This document shows, piece by piece, positions 11,131 through 21,051 of a stretch of 64,000 nucleotides of DNA. This DNA comes from Cycas panzhihuaensis. Lineage: Eukaryota > Plantae > Cycadophyta. Position numbers and translations under genes: made by a program. Below the pieces are notes generated by a model, which had not been told where the DNA came from, did no database searches, and saw nothing but the letters and a program-made list of their open reading frames with translations. Each line of letters begins with the position of its first letter. Within the stretch, counting starts at the first letter, position 1. The stretch is from the NCBI GenBank assembly GCA_023213395.1, contig CM041465.1, forward strand, positions 147,443,741-147,507,740, read 5' to 3'.

Positions 11131-11349
11131 GGTTACTTCGATATCCTCCTTGTTTCCGGTTTTGTGCCTAGGGGTATCTTCTATTTTTCTTTCCCTAATG
11201 TTAACTTCCGTAAATTCTGCAGGGTAATTCAGGATTTCTTCTTCCTCACCATATGCTGATTCTTCTTCCTCCTTATTTATAATTCCTTGTTCTAAATCCA
11301 TGCTCATTCTTCTAATATTCTTCAAGATTCTATCTATATTTTTGTCTTT

Positions 11350-11810
11350 TGATGCATGCATAAAAGTTTTTATAAAGGATTCCTTCAAATTTCCCCAAGT
11401 CACATCCAGGCTTTGTTCCCTTGCCAAGAACCAATCCTTTGCTACCTGTCCTAGAGTGTGATAAAAATAGTTATGCCAGATTTTCTTGGGTATACTTAGG
11501 GATGTCCACTTTTGTTTACATTTCTGTAGGTGTTTGCTAGGGTTTTGGCCTACATGGAATAACAGAATGTCTAAATGTTTGGGATGGTCGAATCGAAGTC
11601 TAAACGTTGCTTGTAACTCCTTCCAATTTTGGAGAGTGGCCTGGTGGGCTAAGTAAGGTAAGTACTAGGTCTTTTTGCCACTGATTTTTATCCTAATTTC
11701 CATGCTCCATCCAGTATTCAATGCAGCGAGTTAAATGAGTAGTCCCATATAACTGTTTTCCATAGAAATGCTTGACATGATTCCTAATATAAGTTTCAAA
11801 GTTCGTTTCC
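11350..11810 (-). pseudogene. Two tandem Gag capsid-NTD-like domains inside Pol, between protease and RT
   Basis: Hand translation: HFYGKQLYGTTHLTRCIEYWMEHG...QWQKDLVLTL/.ATLQNWKELQATFRLRF, then LLFHVGQNPSKHLQKCKQKWTSLSIPKKIWHNYFYHTLGQVAKDWFLAREQSLDVTWGNLKESFIKTF; fits the retrotransposon-gag pattern F..TL.g.A..W.......W..Lk..F...F. Confidence 0.75.
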
Positions 11811-12499
11811 TATGGGATAATTACCCTATTGCCTAGACCAGAGTCTCTAAAAGTATTTACCGCCGATTCTCCTTCCATTCCCTTGGTTTTGGCGCCAATC
11901 GTTGGAAGGGACCAATTGTTGGGTGGGTATACCTCTAAAGAAGATGAGGAAGGAATGTTACTTGCTTCCCCGGGTTGTAATAAAGGGGGGAATAGGGAAT
12001 CTACCTTAGGACCCACGCCTGAGGTAGAAAGGAGGTTAAGATTACTACTAGCTACTATAGGACTATGAAAAATACTAAGTCTACTAGGGGGGTTTTGGTC
12101 TAGGTTTACGTTATCCACTAAGCTATCATTAGTCATTATATATTCGAAAGAACCTGAATTAGCATTAATGTTTCCAATTACACATGTAGACAATAAGTTA
12201 CATCTATGAGAGGAATAATTTACTTCATAGGTGTCTTGCAACCAATAATCCACAAATCTCATTCCATTTTCGTCGTCTGAAGAGTTATATATTTCCCCAA
12301 AATAAGTTGGTTCGGCTTCTTGATAATCGATTAGCTTGGTAAGCTCCTCAGTCGTATGGTAAAGATTCTCTTCATCGTGGAAAGAGGCTATTGTTTCACT
12401 TACAACAGTCGTACTGGATCCTTCATCCGGTATCATCTCAATGGAGTTTCTTCCTAACATTGGTAATAGCACTTTGTTTGCATCATCTGATAAAGTGAA

Positions 12500-12800
12500 G
12501 GTCACATTCTTCTAGTTTTGGAGACACTGGGTCTTGTATAGCCAGGGCCTCCCCAATAATGCTAGATAGGGTGTTGCACCCTTTTCTGTTTCTACGATTG
12601 TAAAGTCAAATTTTACGACGATCCCTGCTACATCCATTTTAATTCGTTGGCCAATTTCAACGAATATGTTGCTGCCTCCAGTTTTGGGCTTCCTAATTTC
12701 CGTCATGTCGAAGTAGGTAGTACATTTACGGCTGTGCCCCCATTGACAATCACTTTCGGGAATGTTTCTCCCAATACCATCATGGTCACCATGGGATCTA
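12500..12800 (-). pseudogene. Aspartic protease of the Athila-like element (catalytic D mutated to N)
   Basis: KVIVNGGTAVNVL (DGG motif with D>N) and YLALLGRPWL. Confidence 0.85.
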
Positions 12801-13203
12801 TGTCGAATAATGGCATCACTTTCTTTAAACTCTTGGTGATTCCTCGTTGTACTATCCCTCCTTTAATCCAATCAATTACTTGGCATAGAGGAATAGTTAA
12901 TCACAACTGCTTTACCAGATTTTCCATCAGCAACAACATTCTTGGAATGTCTTCGGCTGGTAATCCTTTGAATAGTTCCTCCATCTGTACCATTTGAGGT
13001 TGTATTTTCGGCTCTTCTAGTACCTTATCTTTCTCCTTTTGCTTATTCTTTCTTACATATACATATTTAGTTTCTGGCTTCCCCATTGGTAATGCACTCT
13101 CTTCTTGAGTTAAGTCTTCTAACACTTGTTTCGCTTGTTTAAATCGATTTGTTTCTGTTTGTGGATTCAGATACACTTCGTCTTCTTTCTCCTTTCGTTT
13201 CTT

Positions 13204-15053
13204 TTAGAGTTTTACAGTTTTACTCTCTGGTATGATTGTCATGAGATTGGTAGCTTTAGCTTTTCCCTTACAATCTTCTGTTTTGTGCTCACTTGGTCCA
13301 TAGTTGTTACATACGAATGGTTTTTGTTCGTATTCCCGTTTGGTTGGGCATTCAGATTTCCAATGCCCGAATTGTAAGCATATGAGACATCTTCCCATTG
13401 GTTGTTTCTTCCTCGAGGGGTCCTGTGTACTCCTCGTTGTATATATATTTCGAGGTGAGTTGCCTCCCCTTCCCCTACCTCGTCCTCTGTATGATTTTCC
13501 TCTTGGGTTGTAGAAACAATCTTTTGTCATATGCATATCCACATCGCATATGTGGCAGCATTTGTCCCTTTGGTGCAATGCACTATTCTTTGGATTGAGT
13601 TCACATTCTTTAGTCGTGTGTGAACTTTCTTCACAGATGTGGCACCATTTTTCCACTCTGCCTTCGTGATCATTTTTCTTCTTTGTTGCTTCCTCTTCTC
13701 TGATATTTCTTATTTTTAGTCTTGCCACTTCCTTTCTTAGGGCTTCTAATTCTGATTCCTCTTCTGCTACTCCCACCTGGCAGAAGGGTCGATTATACTG
13801 GTGTTGTTTGATTTCCTTGATCTCTTCTTGTAATCTCAATAGGAGGGAGTCATTTCCTCCAGCCTGCGCATCCATCTCCATCTCAAAGTCAAGTGCTAAA
13901 TCTTGGGCATTCTTAAATGACTTTAGTGGATGTGCATGCATCATAGCTCTCAGTTTCTCATTCAGTCCTCTGACAAAATAATTTTTCATATTATGGTGCA
14001 TTCTGGTTTCATTGATCATACTGGCCACAATGATTTTCATCCTACTGATATAAGTTAATACTGATTCTCCGGGCCTTTGTTTAATTTCCCTAAGGGCAAT
14101 TTCCACCGCTTCATTGCTTCAAAATTTTTGAAATCTTTCCTCGAAGGATTTCTTTATTTTTGCCCATGAATCTTTCTTATCCAACTCTTTGTACCAGGCC
14201 AATGGTACTCCCCTTAATGTCTGTAGATCGGCTTTTATCTCGTCTTAAATGCTGTAATCTTCTTCACGTCGATCAGATTTTGCAAGAGATATACATGTTC
14301 GGCTGCATCTGAAGTGTCGTTGAAAATCAACTTCCCAAAATCTCTGTAATCATCTATCCTAGGAGATTGTACCGGTGTCCCACCTAGTGGTGATTCTTCC
14401 CCTTTCTCCTCCTCACTGGATTCTATCTCCTTCCCTTCACTCTTCTCTTTTGGAGATGTGCTTGGAGTGCTTACTGCAATATTATCTTTCCCAAATAATG
14501 GGTTCTTAAATGGGGTTTTAAGATGTATAGGTTCTAACACACCTGGCACTTGTATTGTTAACGGTGTCACCGTTATGTATGATTGATCAGACCCCCTGTC
14601 TGATGGATCCTCAAAAAGCTGCCTTGTTAGCTTGTTTTCCCAATATGCCGAGGGGCCTTCCTCCACCTTCTTCTCACTATCACTTAGGTCCTTTAGAGTG
14701 TCTTCCACAGGTATACTTTCCTCTTTTGTTAAAGTGTCTTTATGTTCTTTATCCACCTTTGGTGTTTCTTCATATTCTGGGCTAAACAGGTCATCCTTGA
14801 TTGGGGCTGGTGTTAGTACCATTTGTTCGCCATTGTTTGCCTCTCCTTGTTCTTGAGGTGTCTGGGCTCCACTTGCCTCAGATTCTTCAACGGACTGTCC
14901 TTTAGTCTCGTTATTCTGCGAACTTAATGTCCTTGCCCTTCTCAGTTTTGACTCTTTTGACCATCGTAATGCCCTATGTTTGCTTGTTTCTTTCCCTTTA
15001 GGTGAAGTATCCTTTTGTGGATCTTCCACCTTTGAAGGCCTTTTAGGTGGCAT
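13204..15053 (-). pseudogene. Gag of the Athila-like element: long acidic/basic N-terminus, capsid, four CCHC knuckles
   Basis: ORFs 14235-15053 and 13204-14106; capsid TLRGVPLAWY...SWAKIKKSFEERF and IKQRPGESVLTY; knuckles CHICEESSHTTKEC, CHICDVDMHMTKDC, CLICLQFGHWKSEC, CNNYGPSEHKTEDC. Confidence 0.9.
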
Positions 15054-15179
15054 TGGAAGGTCCCCTGGCTTTCGAAGGCTTAGTTACGGCCTACCATCAC
15101 GACGACAGCCAGGGTCCTCTGTCCTTTACACATTCCTCCTTTTGAAACTCCTGGGCCCTATCCCTCCTCAATGGACGTA

Positions 15180-15192
15180 GGCAACAGAACCA
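15180..15192 (-). promoter_or_regulatory. Primer-binding site, tRNA-Glu type
   Basis: TGGTTCTGTTGCC one base after the 5' LTR; pairs with the recalled plant tRNA-Glu 3' end GGCAACGGAACCA over 13 nt with one G:U. Confidence 0.7.
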
Positions 15193-15193
15193 A

Positions 15194-16066
15194 TGTTGAC
15201 TTATAGATTTCACACCCCTTATGAGATCAATACACTTGTCAAGGTTACACAGGTTATAGTCTAGTTTAGGACATAATCAACATCATCATCCACATAGTTC
15301 ACAGTTTATTAACATTTCCACATGATTACTGACAATGGCTGCAGTAGTACAAAGATTAGCACATATTCCACATTCAATCTTTGCAAACACAGAGAACCCA
15401 CAATTTCCACACAACTCTTATTTTATTAAGCAATAAGTTCTTTTACACAAGGTGCTAGAATGCATTCCCTGTGCATTCTAGCCTCATACATTCACTCTAT
15501 CACATGCGTACCCAGAGGTACCCATCAAAATACACGGCTTAGGCTGTTGTCATGCGTACTGGTCTCAGTACCAATGCGTACTGGAATACTTGGCTCTCAC
15601 CCTTGAGAGTATACCATAGGATTGAATCACTCGGCTCTCACCCTAACCGAATGGTCCTTGGGAAGCCTCATAAATATGCTCCTTTGGTGTCCTTTGGCTG
15701 AAGGGTTATGACTATCTATCATAACCGTACCTTTTCAGTCAAGCGTACCTCTTCCTAACCATTGGTTAGTTCCCTTAATTGACTGTTTTATCAGTGCGTG
15801 CGTGCATGCGTCGTCGGCGTCATCGAACTTCCCTACATCTAGTTTTCTTGTGCGTACCATTTATGTTTGCTTGCGTTCTGTCTAGAGGTACGTATCTGTG
15901 TTGTGTACCTTTACCAGGTACGCACCTATCATACATACCCAGAATGCTGTACTCTTCACTTCTTACTGCATGCGTACCTTTGTACAGTCCGTACCTGCAC
16001 AATCCAAGGATACCCAGCCTCTCTCTGGTCTACCCATAGCCCAGCGTGTCACAATATGCTCCAACA
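15194..16066 (-). repeat. 5' LTR of the Athila-like element
   Basis: 873 bp, followed by TSD CAAAT. Confidence 0.95.
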
Positions 16067-16309
16067 CAAATACATATTTATAACTTTACACTAAGTCTAA
16101 ACATAGGAGGTAGTTCAACAACTCCCATGATTTTTGGTGTGCTCAAACTACCTCATTAATAGTTGATCATCTTTGACTTCTAGAACCTTTGACTAAGAAT
16201 CTTCTCTCACTAGAATATTCTCATCAAGAATATTCTATGTGAGCAATTATTCTAATGAAATGAAATGAACTTAAATGGACATGTAATGAGAATGTACATG
16301 ATTCCAACA
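16067..16309 (-). repeat. Remainder of the 5' LTR of element A (starts with the duplicated CAAAT)
   Basis: Matches 2007-2249; followed by TSD GATAT. Confidence 0.93.
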
Positions 16310-16719
16310 GATATCATGATAGAAAATTACATAAGTGCTTAGATACGATGTTAAAAATATTATATGAGAATTTATGAATCCATGATAAAGAAAGATGAAA
16401 TATGCACCAATGTATAATACAACAAAAATGGGAAGAATGGTCAATTTTCAAGTATTGTATTAGACAAGGAACATATTGATAGATACAATCCACCTCATAG
16501 AGGTCTAATAAAATAGGAAAACCTCCAACATAATGTATGCGAATACATGAAAATATGAGTTCTAACACACATTTTAATAATGCTCACAGATTAAGAATCT
16601 TCAAAAGTGTGCACCTCTTTAAGATATGTATGCATTATATTTGAGGGATAACTAATTTAATAATTACAATAATGGTGGGTTGATCATAAATATTATTCTC
16701 CTACAAGCGCACTTAGTTC

Positions 16720-17045
16720 ATCACCTCTCATGCTAAAGGTAAAGGTGGTGTAACCATTTTGACTAGGACATTCCTTTGTGATAAGATCATGATGTTTAAT
16801 TCTAACTTTGAGAATAGGTGTGCCTGGATATTGTTGAGAATTGAAGATATGTTGTTAGGGATTACCGACATCTATGCCCCTAATCTCTTGATTGAGTTGA
16901 AGACCCTCCGAAATTGGCTTGGTAGTGAACTTCTTAAGGCATCATAGATTTTGTTCGAGGACTTCGACTTGATTGAATCTCCCACAAATAAAGTTGGTGT
17001 TAGGCCATTCAAATGGAATCAAGAAGAAAATACTATGTGGTTGCA
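16720..17045 (+). pseudogene. L1-type LINE ORF2 apurinic endonuclease fragment
   Basis: KGKGGVTIL...ITDIYAPN...*ILFEDFD correspond to APE motifs GGVAIL, NIYAPN and WILGGDFN. Confidence 0.75.
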
Positions 17046-18380
17046 TGTTACATCCCACAAGAATGGATAATGTTAAACTCTTATATTAACAAACTTACTT
17101 ACTAAATAATATCCAAACTTTACAAATTATAGTTGCCAAATCCACAAGTTCATAGATAACAACTCCTCTCCATTCAATATCCTATATTGCATAATAAATG
17201 TGCTTTCAAGAGAGAAGAGATTAAAATGAAGACAATGAAAGAAAATCTTGATGAGAGTATTTAACGGTGAACAAGTAGGTAACTAAATACGAAAGAGAGC
17301 CAAGCAATATCACCATTGTGGGCAAAAATAATATTGCTTCCACCATAAACTACCTCTCATCCAAACTGTAGCTAGAGGTTAGTGCATCCTATTAACCATC
17401 TCACCTTGTTAGAATCAAATTTCATAAGTGGATCTACTTGACACATTATCTCCATTGTTAGGCTTGCCTGGACATATAAGTGTTGACCAACAATGCTACA
17501 TGTAGCATCTTTCACAATAGGGCTACATGGAACAATAGCCTTGTTACATGCAGTAGTTATCACAAATGGGCTACAAATAGTAGCCCCCTCTAGGTGGAAT
17601 CCCTGGGCTTGCGTTGGTGTAGCTGTCCTTATAAGATCATCTATAGAAGCAAACATTAAAAAACTCATATTGAACAATTTCCTTCCATCCCTATTCACTT
17701 CTCTTTAAATATTACATGAAATGACAGCATGAAAGGAAATGAACTAAAAGGTCATTAGTGAGGTTAGGGTCACAAGTCACCCTTGATGGTTGTATAAATA
17801 CCCCTTTCATAAGTGATGACTTCCTCCACTAGGCATAGTCTCTTTGAAATGCCTAAGTCCAATGTTATAATAGTAGTACATGGTCCTGCTCATGATTACA
17901 ATAACAGTACATAAACTTTATTGCTGTGTTACAATATTCTCTCCTTGGGGAGATCATTGCCCTTAATGATTCATCTACAACAAATCATTTAGCTTTATAA
18001 AGGCCTAAGATTCCCAAGTAGCCTCTTCAATTGGTTGATCTGTCCATTGTATCAAGTACTCAATAATTTCTCTATTTCATAGCCTTTGAGACCGAATATT
18101 TAAAATCCTTTGTGATTCATGCACTATAGGATCAACAACTTGGACATCTATGATCATGGAAATCTAGTTGTCAAAACATGGTAAAGCCTTCTTTAACCAA
18201 CTAACATGGAAAATTGGGTGTACCTTCACATGTGATGGCAATTTCAAATGATAAGCCATATCACCAACCTTTTGCAACACCTTGAATGGTCTACAATACT
18301 ATGGAGATAACTTGGAACACTTCCTTGTGGACAAGGAATTGCTCCTTGGTTTTACTTGGAGGAAAACTTGTTCAGCAATT
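17046..18380 (-). mobile_element. 3' end of a chromoviral Gypsy element: integrase tail, chromodomain, PPT and probable 3' LTR (about 17046-17932)
   Basis: RPFKVLQKVGDMAYHLKLPSHVKVHPIFHVSWLKK and EYLIQWTDQPIEEATWES on minus; TTCTCTCC (PPT complement) next to TGTTACA at 17932; interrupts the LINE fragment. Confidence 0.7.
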
Positions 18381-18382
18381 TT

Positions 18383-21051
18383 AATGTTTGATTAATGTTT
18401 ATTTATGCCTCATAACTTAGATTATAACCCTTCCCTTAAAATTTTGTTTAATATTAGACATTAGAATTATTTAATTATTATATGAGTAATGAGTCATCGG
18501 GGGTTACAACTCTCACATCATATATGCCACCTAGTTAGGGTTTAGATTCTTTTCAAAATTTGTATTTATGCACATACAATGCACTATTGAAATTTAATGA
18601 GAGATGATTTTATTTTGAGATTGTATCATTAATATGAATGTAATTTTCATGTTATTTTGATAATGAATCTTGTAAAATTAGGTCTTCATTCCAGTTACAT
18701 TTAGTGTTTAATACCTTACATGGTATCAAAGCTAGTTTTTTAGTGTTGTATTACTATTTAGGAAGCTGAAAATTCACCTTTTTAGTAGGTTTTACGGGAT
18801 GTTGAGTGTTGCAGGTTGGTGTTTGTGTAGAGGCGCTCTCCTATAACGACTATTTTTCAAACATTGTCATCTGAGTGCTGTTGAGTAGACAAAACTAGTT
18901 TTTTTCTTTAAGGAGGAGCAACCACTAACAAACTGCAAATGTTTGTTTGATAAAATTTAATGGTATAATTTAATTCACAGGTTGAAGATACCTGTTCAAC
19001 ATGATTTATTTAATGTTTTTTTTCTTTGCACTGAACTTTGCAATGCTTATTGTATGAAGTTTTTTTAAATCTTGTATGCATTTGTTAATCTTTGACATGC
19101 AGATACATTAAGTGACTCTTTAGCAAGAATTTATTGCTCTATTCATTGAGCAAGTTGTACATTATTCTAACAGTGACATGTAGGTTGGATAGAAGATACA
19201 CTTTTTGCAAAGCAAATGACATGCAGGCTCAAAAACTTACATGCAAACAAATCCAATGTGTATGCACCTACAGATAGTGAGCAGTGAATAAGACCTCTAT
19301 TGAATGATGAACAAAGTACCTCCACTAAAGTGATTAATATCCTCTAAAGAAGTAACTGAAAAATAAATATGAGAAATTGATAAAGAAAATTGATTGTAGT
19401 GAAAAAGCATTGAGATGAAGGATGATTAAATGACAAGACAAATTATTGAAATACATTAAAAAGGCTTAATTTATGAACTTTATAAAGGGGTCCAAAGATA
19501 AACAAGGGTATATTCTTTATGAATATCCCAAAATGTATAAATTTTAGTTTTGAAACTTTATAAAAAAATCAAATTTTTTCAATACACAATTGCCATGCAA
19601 CCTACGCATTCACGGACGAATTGTGGTGGGTTAAAACAACAAGAATTCGATCAAACGGCCAACAAACCCTATCTGAGATAGGCACCCACCTCCTAGAGAA
19701 CCAAAAAGGCGATTAGTACTTTTAAACAATAAAAATTTTGCTCAGAAAAGTTTATACAGTCAGTAAGAGCCATACGCCCATACGATGAAGCAGAGGACCA
19801 AGTCTTTTATTTTGAATCAAACAAACTATAGAGTAGGCACCAAATCGGTCTCAAATAGTAGCACAAAGTATATCATGGGCATCAGGCAAGCACATGAAGC
19901 AAATCAAAGGAGAACAAAGTAAAATGAGTGCCCAAACAATGGAAAAAATCACATAAACAAACCCCATTGAACTTGGAATCAATATATGTTGCATGCAGAC
20001 CTGTTGCAGGGAAAATGGGGCAACATGCATGAAGTATTGACAAGAACCAAGGCTGAACCTACTCTCCATTGTAAAATTTTACTTACAGAAGGCAGATCCT
20101 GAACGTAGGAGGGAGATGATCGTTTTTGCATGCCCAATCATGAAAGATGCGACGAAACACCTAACACTGATCTATCATTTTAATACTTGACAGCCTGACA
20201 ATGTAATGGATGAGTTATTTTTGAATGAAACGACTTTATTTGTCAAAAAAAGCAATTTTTGTGGAGAGTTTAAACACCATCCACATTGGTTTTTTGAATA
20301 TTTCGTAGAGAATATTCCTTATTAAACTTTGGTTAAAATATATTTAATATTTTCTAAAGTTTAAGTGGCATTAAATTCAATTAGGTTTTGATTTGGAGTC
20401 CAACATGAACCCCCACTATTTACCAACCCCTGATCATGCATTGTTTTGGGACCCAGAGCCATTTCTAGACTATCCAAAGTCAATTTTCAGAAAGTAAATA
20501 CAAAACGGCACACAATTTTTCGAGATTTATGATCTAGCAATAGTCATATGTAGCGACTCATAACAAAATCTTGGTGAAAAATCAAATTTTTATGTTTTAT
20601 GGCATATTCCAACTACTTACAAGTAGACCGAGGCAATAAAATTGATCATACCAGCTACGTGTGTATAAAGTGATGACATTTACAACTTTTATTTTTTATT
20701 TTTATGCTTGTTTAATTATTCTTTTAATTATTATTATCTATTTGTTTGCTTAAAATGGATTCTAGAGGAAGCATAATGGGAATTGTCAGAGAAAAACTAA
20801 TTGGTCCTAAAAATTATACAACCTGGAAACATCAAATGCATAGTGTCTTTCATCTGAATGATCTTTGAAAGTACGCTGACAATTTTGTAATGGGAAAGGA
20901 CGTTCCAAATTAGATTGAAGATAGATGATGACTTCAACACTGAGTATCAATCGAAGATGAGGATAACATTTTGATTTCTCAGCATATCAATCAGTGGCAA
21001 TGTTATTTTGAACATTAGGGACACTACTACACTGAAGCAAATGTGGGACAC
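18383..21051 (+). mobile_element. 5' part of a Ty1/Copia element: LTR to 18720, iMet PBS, long leader, gag N-terminus; cut by the Gypsy insertion
   Basis: ...CCTTACA followed by TGGTATCAAAGC at 18721; gag MDSRGSIMGIVREKLIGPKNYTTWKHQM from 20755 to TTTLKQMWDT at 21051. LTR start and the linkage of PBS to gag are inferred. Confidence 0.65.

Larger units (their letters stand above)
5545..16066 (-). mobile_element. Full-length Ty3/Gypsy non-chromovirus (Athila-like) element with a 3' extra ORF; pseudogenised
   Basis: LTRs 5545-6429 and 15194-16066 (TGTTG...CAACA); TSD CAAAT 5540-5544 and 16067-16071; order gag-PR-RT-RH-INT; Athila-like INT tail KLKMRWLGPY...FENGSVQL...QVNGIRLKPY; no chromodomain and no extra archaeal-type RNase H seen. 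Confidence 0.95.
1883..16309 (-). mobile_element. Non-autonomous Ty1/Copia-derived LTR element (element A, about 3.9 kb without the nested insert)
   Basis: Paired 367-bp LTRs (TG...CA) at 1883-2249 and 5416-5544 + 16072-16309; TSD GATAT at 1878-1882 and 16310-16314; iMet PBS 5404-5415; PPT complement CCTTCCC 2250-2256; no gag/pol ORF inside, only decayed Copia remnants. Confidence 0.92.
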
